Source: an uncultured Collinsella sp. (GTDB taxonomy: Bacteria; Actinomycetota; Coriobacteriia; Coriobacteriales; Coriobacteriaceae). Taken from it: DNA of 64,000 nt. The stretch is from contig CABUTO010000006.1 in assembly GCA_902494535.1 (NCBI GenBank), positions 4,237 to 68,236 on the forward strand. Direction: 5' to 3'. Shown piece after piece: positions 50,812-60,397 of this stretch. Position numbers and translations under genes: made by a program. Below the pieces are notes generated by a model. That model ran no database searches, was not told the origin of the DNA, and saw only the letters and a program-made list of their open reading frames with translations. Each line of letters starts with the position of its first letter. Within the stretch, counting starts at the first letter, position 1.

Positions 50812-51013
50812 GTGCGCACCCTCCTTTACAAGTTAAGGTCAACTATATCAACGGTCATCGACCATGCGAACACCGTTGACATTCGTACGACAGCGTCGTG
50901 TGCCGTCGTTTAATAAATTATTATCTTGCTTGATAAGAGTTTGTCATTCCCCATTCGGCGAACGGTAAAAACAAAGCCGCCGAGGCTTATATCCCCGACG
51001 GCATTACCCGGCG

Positions 51014-52084
51014 CTATCGACAAACCAAATGGATCCTGCTGGCATCAAAATGCATGCGCAGCGTCTCGCCTGCTTGCGGTAGCTCGTCGACAGGCATGCC
51101 CACTTTGTTGACCTTCCACTGCAGACGCGTGGGCGCATCGGCCCGCGGCGCATCCAACAGCACCAGGCGCTCAAAACGCGAATCGCTCACGCGCGCCACG
51201 TGCAAATCGTAGCTGTTGCGACCCCGCTCGGCACGGTTGTCCACATGGAAGTAGCTCGCACGAATACCCAGATATGCCACGTCATCGGGAACCTCGCGAC
51301 CCACGTTAAAGGTCATGCCCCAGTCGAGGGCCTCAACTTCTTCGTCGCCGATCTTGCGCGCCCGGCTTGTGTTCTTGCAGCCCGTCAGGCGCAGTGCCGC
51401 CAGCGTCTGCGGACGGCGGACCACGTCCTCGACGGAGCCGATCTCCTCCACATGCCCGTTATGCATAACGCAGATGCGCTCGCACAGACGGCACGCCTCG
51501 TCGATATCGTGGCTCACGTAGAGCACGGTGCGGTTGCACACATCGAACAGGTCGAGCATGTTCTGCTCGAGCGCGTTCTTAAGGTAGGCATCGAGCGCAC
51601 TCATGGGCTCGTCGAACATAAAGATGCCCGGGTGCGCCGCCACCATGCGCGCGAGCGCCACGCGCTGCTGCTGGCCGCCCGAGAGGCGCGCGGGATAGCG
51701 GTCGGCAAAATCGGCCAGACCGAAAATGCCCAGATAGCGCTCGGCAAGCCTTTTGCGCGCCGCGGCGTCGCCCACATCCTTTACGCCGGCGCACACGTTA
51801 TCGGCCACCGTCATGTTGGGAAACAGCTGATAGTTTTGGAACAGCAGGGCGCATTTGCGCTCCTGGGGCGACAGGTTGATGCCCGCCGACGAGTCAAAAA
51901 AGGTCACACCGTTGACGACGATCTTGCCCTCGTCGGGCGTCTCCACGCCGGCAATGCAACGCAAGGTGCAGCTCTTGCCGCAACCCGAGGCACCGAGCAG
52001 CGCCACACGCTCCTCGCCGGCTTCGAGTTGGATGTCGAGGGTGAACCCCGGATAGCGCTTTTTGATATCCAAAACGAGCGACAT
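51014..52084 (-). CDS. modC: Molybdate ABC transporter ATP-binding protein
   Basis: Walker A GASGCGKS, signature LSGGQQQRV, and a C-terminal TOBE/Mop-like domain. Follows modA and modB. Confidence 0.85.
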   Translation of the reverse strand: MSLVLDIKKRYPGFTLDIQLEAGEERVALLGASGCGKSCTLRCIAGVETPDEGKIVVNGVTFFDSSAGINLSPQERKCALLFQNYQLFPNMTVADNVCAGVKDVGDAAARKRLAERYLGIFGLADFADRYPARLSGGQQQRVALARMVAAHPGIFMFDEPMSALDAYLKNALEQNMLDLFDVCNRTVLYVSHDIDEACRLCERICVMHNGHVEEIGSVEDVVRRPQTLAALRLTGCKNTSRARKIGDEEVEALDWGMTFNVGREVPDDVAYLGIRASYFHVDNRAERGRNSYDLHVARVSDSRFERLVLLDAPRADAPTRLQWKVNKVGMPVDELPQAGETLRMHFDASRIHLVCR

Positions 52085-52087
52085 AGC

Positions 52088-53599
52088 TTATCGACCTCCC
52101 TGCGGTGCCGCGTCATCGCGCATAAGCTCGGCCAGCGCCTCGCGATCGATACGCAGTGCATCGCCGCCGACTGGGTCGAGCGAATCGGTCTGGCCGCCCA
52201 GCTGATTGGCCTGCTTGCGCTCCGCGCGGGACAGGCCGCGCTCGCGGTACTTTTGCGAATGAGCGGTGTACATATTGATGAACAGGATGACCAAGAAACT
52301 GAACACGATTACGACGATGACCCAAAAGAGGGCTACCGACGTGTTGCCGCCCATCCACTCAAAGTAGATGGCGATGGGAATGGTCTGCGTAATGCCGGCG
52401 TAGTTGCCCGCAAAGAACAGGGTGCAGCCAAACTCGCCCATGGCACGCGTGAAGGCAAGCACCGTACCGGCGGCAATCGAGGACCAGCCAAGCGGCATCA
52501 TAAGCTTGGTGAAGATGCGACGCTCGGACCATCCCAGGGTTCGCGCGGCATCGAGCATCTGCGTGTCAAGGCTCTCGAAGGCACCGAGCGCCGTACGGTA
52601 GACCAGGGGAAACGACACCACCACGGCAGATATCACCGCCGCGGGCCACGTAAAGACGATCGAGATGCCGTGCGCGATGAGCCACCGGCCCACCCCGGTC
52701 GAGCGGCCAAACAGCATGAGGAGCAAAAAGCCGCAGACCGTGGGCGGCAGCACCATAGGAATCGTAAAGACCGAATCGAGCAGGCCCTTGATGCGACTCG
52801 AGGTACCCATAGTCTTCCACGCGGCGAACAGGCCCAGCGCAAAGGAGACCAGCAGGGCAAGACCGCTCGTTTTAATGGACACCCAAAACGGGCGATAGTC
52901 GATGTCTCCCAAAAAGGTGGCCAGAGAGGTCAAGGGCCCCTGCTCATCCCGCAACACGACAGACGATGCCTCTACCATTTGAGCGCTATCAAGCCAACGC
53001 GCGCCGCCCTTGGCATCACCCGAAGCTGATGCAATCACCACATAGCGGTCCCCATCCGCACCGCGCTCATCAAAGCCATAGGTATACCCACCGGCATCGA
53101 ACGTTGTTTCCGCCGTAACATACCAAGGAAGATCCACGTCCCCTAGCTGCGCACCTCCCATGCAGTTTGCGCTGTCGAGCTTACAGACGAGGGCCTTGAG
53201 ACCCGATACGCACTCGTTGTCCTGCGGATCCAATCCATACTTCTCGACCGCTTTGGGCGATATCCACACCACAACGCGATCGGCAGCAGGCGCCACTACA
53301 AGGTCCACGTCCTCGTCAACGGGAAACCGGTAGCCCTCAGGCTGGCCTTCCATGGCACGAGCGGTCCCCTTGGCCAACCGCTCAAAACCCTCGATCCCAT
53401 AAGAAAGCCCATGAGCGGTCGCAGCAACCTGGGCCCCGTCCTCAGCGTCCCCAGCAAACGCAAATCCCGGCACCCAGCAAAGCGCGAAGGTCAAAGTACA
53501 GGCGACAAGCATGCGGAATCTATTAAGCACGAAAAGCTCCAAGAGAATACAAGGACGGAGTGAAACACAAAACGATGGAATTATCGCGCCAAGCCGCAC
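52088..53599 (-). CDS. modB: Molybdate ABC permease fused to a roughly 200-aa N-terminal extracytoplasmic domain of unknown function
   Basis: The C-terminal 270 aa or so are ModB/CysTW-like (EAA-loop region LDAARTLGWSERRIFTKLMMP). The N-terminus has a signal/TM segment (MLVACTLTFALCWVPGFAFA) and then a soluble domain. Start uncertain: GTG at 53599 (TAGTG overlap with modA) or ATG at 53512. Confidence 0.75.
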   Translation of the reverse strand: MRLGAIIPSFCVSLRPCILLELFVLNRFRMLVACTLTFALCWVPGFAFAGDAEDGAQVAATAHGLSYGIEGFERLAKGTARAMEGQPEGYRFPVDEDVDLVVAPAADRVVVWISPKAVEKYGLDPQDNECVSGLKALVCKLDSANCMGGAQLGDVDLPWYVTAETTFDAGGYTYGFDERGADGDRYVVIASASGDAKGGARWLDSAQMVEASSVVLRDEQGPLTSLATFLGDIDYRPFWVSIKTSGLALLVSFALGLFAAWKTMGTSSRIKGLLDSVFTIPMVLPPTVCGFLLLMLFGRSTGVGRWLIAHGISIVFTWPAAVISAVVVSFPLVYRTALGAFESLDTQMLDAARTLGWSERRIFTKLMMPLGWSSIAAGTVLAFTRAMGEFGCTLFFAGNYAGITQTIPIAIYFEWMGGNTSVALFWVIVVIVFSFLVILFINMYTAHSQKYRERGLSRAERKQANQLGGQTDSLDPVGGDALRIDREALAELMRDDAAPQGGR

Positions 53600-54477
53600 T
53601 ACGCGGAAAGCTCAAAGCCGTATTTGGCCCAAATCTTCTGGGCCTTCTTGTTGGACAGGCAAAAGTCGATAAACGCCTTGGCCTCGTCGGCATGTTCGGA
53701 GCCATCGGCGACAGCGCCCGGATACACGATGGGCTTATGCGAGTCCTCGGGACACACAAAGGCCTCCTCGATGCCGTCGTAGCGGAAGATGTCGGAGCTA
53801 TAGACAAAACCGGCTACGCAGTCGCCTGTGGACACATAGGCAGCGGCGGTACCAACTTTGTCTGCCAGCGCGACCTTGTCGGCGATCTCGGGCGAGTACT
53901 CGCCGTCGTCACCCTCGGTACCAGTGTAGAGACCCACGGAAGCCAACGCCTGGTTGGCGTACTTGCCGGCAGGAACGGTCTTGGCGTCGCCAATGGCGAT
54001 CTTGCCGTCCAGATTCGCGACGTCGGCGATGGCCTCGACCTTGGTGTCGGAGCCCTCGGCGCGAACGATCACGAGGTCGTTGACGAACATATCCTCACGG
54101 GTGCCGGTGTCGACGAGCTCGGCGGTCTCGGCGTCATCCATGGTGCCCTTGGAGGCTGTGATGAGCACGTCGACAGCGGCACCGGCGCGCATCTGCTCGA
54201 CAAGGTCGCCGGACGCTTTGAACTGCGTGTCGGCAAACGTGGTGCCGGTCTGGTCGGTGTAGAGCTCCTGAACCTCGGGCAGGGCCTTCTCGAGCGAGTT
54301 GGCGGCAAAGATCTGCAGCTCGACAGCTTTCTTGGACGAAATCATGGCGGAGCCGGCATCGGAGCCAGTCGACTCAGGCGCCTTATTGCCGGAGCACCCG
54401 GCAAGGCCAAGGCCGGCAGTGGCGACAGCAGAAAGCGAGACGAACCCGCGGCGAGAAACCATATCGAACATGTTCAA
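53599..54477 (-). CDS. modA: Molybdate-binding periplasmic lipoprotein
   Basis: Tat-like SRRGFV plus a lipobox LAGC. ModA-family substrate-binding fold, in an operon with modBC. Confidence 0.85.
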   Translation of the reverse strand: MNMFDMVSRRGFVSLSAVATAGLGLAGCSGNKAPESTGSDAGSAMISSKKAVELQIFAANSLEKALPEVQELYTDQTGTTFADTQFKASGDLVEQMRAGAAVDVLITASKGTMDDAETAELVDTGTREDMFVNDLVIVRAEGSDTKVEAIADVANLDGKIAIGDAKTVPAGKYANQALASVGLYTGTEGDDGEYSPEIADKVALADKVGTAAAYVSTGDCVAGFVYSSDIFRYDGIEEAFVCPEDSHKPIVYPGAVADGSEHADEAKAFIDFCLSNKKAQKIWAKYGFELSA

Positions 54478-54627
54478 CCCTTTCGAACGCCATACCCGGG
54501 CACCCCGCCGCAGGCTTTATTCTGTTACTAGATTATACTTTCACGCGAATAATGTTTATGATAATTATCTCTCCCCTGATAATTTTCTTTTACCAATAAC
54601 CACGAGACGGCCCGCACTGTCGCTGCA

Positions 54628-54663
54628 TAAAAAAGGCGGAGCAGCCCGTAAGGTCGCTCCGCC
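54628..54663 (-). terminator. Rho-independent terminator after moaB/mog
   Basis: On the minus strand: GGCGGAGC...GCTCCGCC followed by TTTTTT. Confidence 0.75.
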
Positions 54664-54676
54664 GCAGGTAAACCGC

Positions 54677-55156
54677 TTATTTGGCGTGCCCGCCGCCCGC
54701 CGTCATCTGGGCCGCATGCTCCAGCTGGTCGCTCACGGCCTCCCAGCTTTCGCGGGCTGCTTTCGTAGATCCCGGAAAGTTAATGACAAGCGTATACCCA
54801 CGCTGCATGCACACGGCGCGCGAGAGCATAGCGCGGCGCGTCTTGGTCATGGAGTACGCACGGATTGCCTCGGCAATACCCGGCACATCGCGGTCGCAGA
54901 CGGCGCGCGTCGCCTCGGGCGTCACATCGCGCATCGAAAGCCCCGTGCCGCCGCAGGTGAGCACGACATTGGCGTGGCACTCATCGGCGGCTTCCACAAT
55001 GGCATCACCGATCTCGCTGGCGTCGTCGCGCACGACCACATGCGAGGCGACCGTCCAGCCCTGCGCCACGATGAGCTCCTCGAGGGCAGCGCCCGCCTCG
55101 TCCTGGGCAAGGTCGCGCGTATCCGAGCACGTCACGATCGATATCTTCAACTCCAT
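54677..55156 (-). CDS. moaB: Molybdenum cofactor biosynthesis protein MoaB/MogA family
   Basis: MELKISIVTCSDTR... with LTCGGTGLSMRD (the MoCF_biosynth GGTG motif). Start trimmed to the ATG at 55156 (AGGAGGAA RBS). Confidence 0.85.
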   Translation of the reverse strand: MELKISIVTCSDTRDLAQDEAGAALEELIVAQGWTVASHVVVRDDASEIGDAIVEAADECHANVVLTCGGTGLSMRDVTPEATRAVCDRDVPGIAEAIRAYSMTKTRRAMLSRAVCMQRGYTLVINFPGSTKAARESWEAVSDQLEHAAQMTAGGGHAK

Positions 55157-55166
55157 AGCGTTCCTC

Positions 55167-56429
55167 CTATAGCACCGTTCCCTCGGGCAGGTCGACGCGC
55201 ACAACGTCCACGACATCCCCCGCTTTGAGCTCGCACGGCCCTTCGTCAATACGCAGCAGGCAGTTGGCCCGCTGCATCGTGCCAAGCAGCGCCGAGTTCT
55301 GCGTCTTGGCCTCGGTCACCAACAACTCACCGGTCTCGGGGTCGCGCAAAACCGTGGCGCGATCGAAGAAGCGTCGGTCCTGGCGCTTCTTCACGCCGTG
55401 CGTGAGCGTCGCCTGCTGCACGGGACGCGCACCCTCGGCAAAGCCGCGCATCTTGCGGATCGCCGGACGGGCGAGCATCTCAAAGCCCACATACGCCGCG
55501 GCCGGATTACCTGAAAGCCCTAGGTAGGGCTTACCCCCGAGCAAACCGAACGTGATGGCCTTGCCGGGGCGCATCGAGATGCGATCAAAGAGCACCTCGC
55601 CCTCGCGCTGGACCAGCGCCGTCACATAGTCGTAGTCGCCCGCCGAGGCGCCACCGCTCGTAATGACAAAATCGCACTCCTGCGCGGCGCGATGCACCAG
55701 CTCGGCAATCGCCTGCTCATCGTCGGGCGCGATGCCGTAGAACACGGGCTCGGCGCCGGCATCGAGTGCCTCGGCCATTAACGCCGAAGAGTTGGAGTCG
55801 CGAATCTGCCCGCGCGCCGGCACGTTACTCGGTGTGACCAGTTCCGTGCCCAGCGAGATGATGCCCACACGCGGGGCAGCGTGCACCTTCACGCTCGCGT
55901 ATCCGGCGCTTGCCAGCAGACCCGCGCCCGCCGGAGCCACAACCTCGCCAGCGCGCATCACGACGTCGCCGGCATGGGCCTCCTCGGCGGCAGAGCGAAC
56001 GTTCTCCCCCACCTTGGCCGGCGCCGAGAACCTCACACGCGAGCCCTCGTTGCCGTCGCCATCGAGCACGTCGACGATCTCATACTTCACCACGGCATCG
56101 GCACCTTCGGGTACCGGAGCGCCCGTCATGATGCGGACCGTCTCACCCGCGCCGATTGCGCCCTCAAACACATGGCCCGCGGCCTCGTGTCCGATAACGT
56201 CGAGCGTCACCGGCGCCTCGCCAGATGCCTGCGCCAAGTCCGCCGAGCGCACGGCATATCCATCCATGGCGCTGTTCGCAAACGGCGAGATGTCGATATC
56301 GGCCGTGGCGTCCTCGGCCAGGGGAAGACTGGTCGCCTGCCACACGGGAATCTCGACAACTTCGGTGCGATTCACGTGCGACAAGACGATCGCCTGTGCA
56401 TCCTCCAACGGAATGAGTTTCTCTGCCAT
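55167..56429 (-). CDS. moeA: Molybdopterin molybdenumtransferase
   Basis: Full-length MoeA-like sequence (four-domain length, ITSGGASAGDYDY). The ATG at 56429 is preferred over the GTG at 56435. Confidence 0.9.
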   Translation of the reverse strand: MAEKLIPLEDAQAIVLSHVNRTEVVEIPVWQATSLPLAEDATADIDISPFANSAMDGYAVRSADLAQASGEAPVTLDVIGHEAAGHVFEGAIGAGETVRIMTGAPVPEGADAVVKYEIVDVLDGDGNEGSRVRFSAPAKVGENVRSAAEEAHAGDVVMRAGEVVAPAGAGLLASAGYASVKVHAAPRVGIISLGTELVTPSNVPARGQIRDSNSSALMAEALDAGAEPVFYGIAPDDEQAIAELVHRAAQECDFVITSGGASAGDYDYVTALVQREGEVLFDRISMRPGKAITFGLLGGKPYLGLSGNPAAAYVGFEMLARPAIRKMRGFAEGARPVQQATLTHGVKKRQDRRFFDRATVLRDPETGELLVTEAKTQNSALLGTMQRANCLLRIDEGPCELKAGDVVDVVRVDLPEGTVL

Positions 56430-56639
56430 ATGCACCTCTTAATGCCACGGCGCACAACAGGCGCGCCGATTCTTTATGCTTGTCTCAGTATAATCCCCCG
56501 ATGCGCGACCGCGACTTGGCCAGTACCCGCAAATACACCCGTCGGCCGCAAGCCGCGAAACAGAATGGAAACCAACCCACCGGCTCGTCGCGTTTACCGC
56601 GTTTTATAATGCTTGCGTTGCAACCTAAAAGAGGAACGT

Positions 56640-58061
56640 ATGGCTCATAACGACAAACCCGAAAGCGCAAACGAAGCGCAGGATCATTCTCAGCCACTCG
56701 ACGATGGCGGTTTTTTCTCCCTGAACGACGTCATCATGGCCGGCAGGCATCAGCTCACCCGTTCCGAGCAGCTCTTGGCAGCCGACACGCGCCGCAACGC
56801 CCGCAACCTACTCGCGAGCGCTAAGTTGCTCGCACTCGTCGCCATCGTCTCGCTCGCCATGGGCGTTGCCGCTTGGGCGTTTTTGGCCTCGCTGAATATC
56901 GCAACCGACTATCGCGAACACCATGCGTGGGTGTACGCCCTGCTCCCCATCGTGGGCATGGCCACTGCATGGGTCTACAAGAACCACGGTCTCGCCGCCA
57001 AGCGTGGCAACAACCTGGTCATTGACTCCGCCCTGGGCACACGCCTCATCCATATGCGCATGGCCGTCCTCACCTTCGTCTGCTCCACGCTCACGCACCT
57101 AACGGGCGGATCGGCCGGTCGCGAGGGCGCCGCGGTGCAGATTGGCGGCACCATCGCCAGCAATGTTTCGAACCTCGCCCATCTCAAAAAGCACGACCAC
57201 CACGACCTCATGCTCGCCGGTATCTCGTCCGCCTTTGGCGCCGTGTTCGGATCGCCTCTCGCCGGGGCTTTCTTTGGCATGGAGATGTGCTTCATCGGCA
57301 AAATCGACTACACCGCAGGCATCTACTGCCTCGTCGCCTCGTTTACCGGCTACTTTACGTCGCTCGCCCTGGGTACCGAGTACGAGGCGAATGTCATCGC
57401 CAGCGTTCCCGCCATGACGCCCAAAACGGTCGTTATCGTTGTTATCAGCGCCATTATCTTCGGTCTGGCAGCACGTCTCTTTGCCTGGTCGGTTCGAACC
57501 GTCAAGAGCCTGTACGGTCGCTTTATCACCAATTACCTTGTTCGCGCACTTATAGGCGCACTCGTGATTTTGGCCGCCTATGCCCTCCTCGACGCCTGGG
57601 AGTATGCCGGCCTTTCCACATGGCTTTCCGGCGCCGGATTTGCAGGCAACACCACCCTGGCGGACGCAGCCATCAAGTTAGTCGTCACAGCGCTTACCCT
57701 GGGCGCGGGCTTCCAAGGCGGCGAGGTCACGCCCCTGTTTGGCATCGGTGCGGCACTCGGTGGCTGGATCGGTTGCCTCGTCGGAATCGACCCCAGCTTT
57801 CTGGCGGCGCTGGGCATGCTCGGCGTATTCTGCGCCGGCCTCAACGTGCCCATCACTACCTGCATGATGGCCATCGATCTGTTCCACGGCACGGCAGCCG
57901 GCTTCTTTGTCATCGTAGCCTTTATCAGCTATCTCGCCGGCGGACACCGCGGCGTATATCCCGCGCAGCGCATTGTCTCGCCTAAACGCCGTTCGCTTAT
58001 TGTAGACGAGGGCGGTACGGTGGCGGATGCTATCGAGCGCCACAACGACCTGATAGAGTAG
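56640..58061 (+). CDS. CLC-family anion channel/antiporter, CLC-F (fluoride/proton antiporter)-like
   Basis: GNNLV, GGSAGREGAAVQIGG and GGEVTPLFGIGA replace the canonical GSGIP / GKEGP / GxFxP motifs, a pattern I associate with the fluoride clade. Start trimmed to MAHNDKP (AAGAGGAA RBS). Confidence 0.6.
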   Translation: MAHNDKPESANEAQDHSQPLDDGGFFSLNDVIMAGRHQLTRSEQLLAADTRRNARNLLASAKLLALVAIVSLAMGVAAWAFLASLNIATDYREHHAWVYALLPIVGMATAWVYKNHGLAAKRGNNLVIDSALGTRLIHMRMAVLTFVCSTLTHLTGGSAGREGAAVQIGGTIASNVSNLAHLKKHDHHDLMLAGISSAFGAVFGSPLAGAFFGMEMCFIGKIDYTAGIYCLVASFTGYFTSLALGTEYEANVIASVPAMTPKTVVIVVISAIIFGLAARLFAWSVRTVKSLYGRFITNYLVRALIGALVILAAYALLDAWEYAGLSTWLSGAGFAGNTTLADAAIKLVVTALTLGAGFQGGEVTPLFGIGAALGGWIGCLVGIDPSFLAALGMLGVFCAGLNVPITTCMMAIDLFHGTAAGFFVIVAFISYLAGGHRGVYPAQRIVSPKRRSLIVDEGGTVADAIERHNDLIE

Positions 58062-58146
58062 ACGTAAGTAATCACCGTGCAGCCACAATCGGGCAATTCG
58101 ACCTGAATGCGGCAGCACCGTCACGCCACACGCTGGGAGTCGCCCC

Positions 58147-59109
58147 ATGCACGCAACTGATTTTGGTCGCACGCTCATCATCGCCAACCCCGCTGCCCAG
58201 TCGGGCGCGGCGTGCGAGGTTGCCGAGCGCCTGCAGCGCTTTTTGGACATGACCGCACGCGCATCCCAGTTTGACCTGGTGCTGACCGAGCGCATGGGAC
58301 ATGCCAAGGAGCTTGCCGCGCAGGCCGAGGGCTATCGCACCGTTATCGCCCTCGGCGGCGACGGCGTGATCCACGAGATCGTCAATGGGCTTATGACGCA
58401 AAAGGAGGACGCCCGCCCCGCTCTTGCCGTCCTGCCCGTGGGCTCCGGCAACGATTTTGCCCAGACGCTCGGCATCGACGATTTCTCCGGCAAGGATTTT
58501 GGCGCGCTGCTCAATTGCGAGCTGCAGCGTCAGGACATCGGGCGCATTCGCTCATGGAACCCCGCAAGCGGTAGCGGCGAGGCTTCCGTTGAGTACTACG
58601 ACCAGACGCTTTCGGTCGGCATCGATGCCGCCATCGGCCTTGGCACCACCGAGCTGCGCAAAAAGACGGGCTTGACGGGCGCGCCGCTCTACACTCTCTC
58701 GGGACTTGAGCAGTTTGGCCTTCGCTATCGCAACTACCCCATGTCAGTCAGCTTTGACGGGGCGCCCGCCGAACGCGTGAGGGCGATCATCATGGCGATT
58801 CAGCTGGGTCCTACGTATGGCTCGGGCTATCGCATCTGCCCCGATGCCGACCCCTGTGACGGCACACTCGACGTCTGCTACGCCTGCGGCCCCGTCCCTC
58901 GCGCGGTTGCCCTGCCCATGTTCCTTTCGGCCAAAGACGGCCACCACACCAAGCTTCCGCCGGTACGCATACGTCGCTGCCGTCATGCCGAGCTCACGTT
59001 CGAGGAGCCCAACTACCCCATCCAGGCCGACGGCGAACCCATCGTCGCCTCGCGCATCGACGTGGACATCCTTCCCGCCGTCCTCGAGGTCTGGCACCCA
59101 ACCCGCTAA
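58147..59109 (+). CDS. Diacylglycerol kinase-family lipid kinase (YegS/BmrU-like)
   Basis: DAGK catalytic domain motif ALGGDGVIHEIVNGL. 320 aa. Confidence 0.85.
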   Translation: MHATDFGRTLIIANPAAQSGAACEVAERLQRFLDMTARASQFDLVLTERMGHAKELAAQAEGYRTVIALGGDGVIHEIVNGLMTQKEDARPALAVLPVGSGNDFAQTLGIDDFSGKDFGALLNCELQRQDIGRIRSWNPASGSGEASVEYYDQTLSVGIDAAIGLGTTELRKKTGLTGAPLYTLSGLEQFGLRYRNYPMSVSFDGAPAERVRAIIMAIQLGPTYGSGYRICPDADPCDGTLDVCYACGPVPRAVALPMFLSAKDGHHTKLPPVRIRRCRHAELTFEEPNYPIQADGEPIVASRIDVDILPAVLEVWHPTR

Positions 59110-59116
59110 CCCCACC

Positions 59117-59187
59117 TAAGTTGCGGTGAAATAGGGACTGTTTTGCGGCTTTAGCTGCATAAACAGTCCCTATTTCACCGCAACTTA
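59117..59187 (+). repeat. Palindromic intergenic repeat, family 1, copy 4
   Basis: Perfect 26-bp arms TAAGTTGCGGTGAAATAGGGACTGTT / AACAGTCCCTATTTCACCGCAACTTA with a 19-nt loop. Starts 8 nt after the lipid kinase stop. Confidence 0.85.
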
Positions 59188-59195
59188 TGAAGAGA

Positions 59196-59576
59196 TCATT
59201 CGTCGCTGTCCGGCTTGCGACGGTTGGCCTTTTTAATGGCGTTGAAGTGCTTGTCATTGAGCCTGCGCTGGCGAGAGCGCTGAGGCACCTTGGTCTTGAC
59301 GCGGCGGCGCGGCGGACGGCCGCGACGCTCAAGCTCTGCCCTCAGCTTACGCAGACAGCTCGCACGATTCTGAAACTGGCTACGGCTCTCGCGCGCCGTC
59401 ACGGTAATCCCCGTGGGCCCATGCTTCATGCGCACCGCCGAGTCCGTCGTGTTCACGCCCTGCCCACCCGGGCCCGTCGCGCGAAACACCTGCACCTCGC
59501 AATCGCGCGCCAACTCCTCGACCGACATCTCGGCATAGCGCGCATACTCGCGCCATCCCATCTTGGTCTCATCCAT
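59196..59576 (-). CDS. arfB: Alternative ribosome-rescue factor / peptidyl-tRNA hydrolase ArfB (RF-1 domain)
   Basis: GGQ motif ([16 protein letters not shown]) and a basic C-terminal tail. Start trimmed to MDETKMG (GGGGAGG RBS). Confidence 0.85.
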   Translation of the reverse strand: MDETKMGWREYARYAEMSVEELARDCEVQVFRATGPGGQGVNTTDSAVRMKHGPTGITVTARESRSQFQNRASCLRKLRAELERRGRPPRRRVKTKVPQRSRQRRLNDKHFNAIKKANRRKPDSDE

Positions 59577-59595
59577 ATCAACACCTCCCCTCATA

Positions 59596-59631
59596 CAAAA
59601 AATGTGACAAAGGGACAGTCCCTTTGTCACA
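59596..59631 (-). terminator. Rho-independent terminator after xpt
   Basis: Perfect palindrome TGTGACAAAGGGAC.GTCCCTTTGTCACA, followed on the minus strand by TTTTTTG. Confidence 0.85.
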
Positions 59632-59659
59632 TCGCATACCAATCGCTTGTGTTGCGCGC

Positions 59660-60238
59660 TTAGGCGAAGGTGATCTCGCCGGTCTCGCAGTCCATATCGG
59701 CGATACGGGCCAGGCTCTCAACGCGGAAGCCGCGCTCACGGAGCTTATCGCCACCGCCCTGGAAGCCCTTCTCCACCGCAATGCCAATGCCGGATACCTC
59801 GGCACCTGCAGCCTCGCAGATCTTGATAAGACCCTCGAGCGCGCAGCCGTTGGCCAAAAAGTCGTCGATGATCAGGACCCTGTCGCCCTCGGACAGGAAG
59901 CGCTTGCCAACGATGACCGGGTACTCCTTCTGCTTGGTAAAGGAGTAGATGGTCGTGGCATACTGCTCACCGTCGAGGTTGATGGACTGCGCCTTCTTGG
60001 CAAAGACCACCGGCACGCCGCCAAAATGCTGGGCTGCAATGCAAGCCATGCCAATGCCCGAAGCCTCGATCGTCAGGATCTTGTTGATCTCGACATCCTT
60101 GAACAGACGGGCCCACTCGGCGCCCATATGGTCGAACAGCTCAACGTCGCACTGGTGGTTGAGGAAGGCATCAACCTTAAGGACGTTACCGGCCTTTACG
60201 ATGCCGTCATGGCGAATACGATCCTCAAGCTCCTGCAT
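59660..60238 (-). CDS. xpt: Xanthine phosphoribosyltransferase
   Basis: Collinear with what I recall of B. subtilis Xpt ([34 protein letters not shown]). Start trimmed to MQELEDRI. Confidence 0.93.
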   Translation of the reverse strand: MQELEDRIRHDGIVKAGNVLKVDAFLNHQCDVELFDHMGAEWARLFKDVEINKILTIEASGIGMACIAAQHFGGVPVVFAKKAQSINLDGEQYATTIYSFTKQKEYPVIVGKRFLSEGDRVLIIDDFLANGCALEGLIKICEAAGAEVSGIGIAVEKGFQGGGDKLRERGFRVESLARIADMDCETGEITFA

Positions 60239-60397
60239 GGCGCAACCCCTTCTCGCGGCAACGATACCGCGCAATTAATAAACGTTGCTCGATAGTCTAC
60301 CACGGACCGACCCCCGCCCGCCCCACAAGCTGCATCGCACCACAAACCAGTCTTTTTGGAACGGCGCGAATCGTGGCAGAAAGCCCCCCCCAACACG

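Noticed and set aside
50576-50842. 88-aa minus-strand ORF in the modC / Fe-S operon spacer
   Set aside because: No RBS, Arg/Gly-rich composition, and an overlap with the start of the downstream gene. It is probably non-coding. Only the 22-codon ORF with a strong SD is retained, at low confidence.
60239-60397. Purine riboswitch upstream of xpt
   Set aside because: The conserved loop and junction sequences (UAUGG, CUACC, CCGUAAA, GACUA arrangement) are not present in the minus-strand leader.
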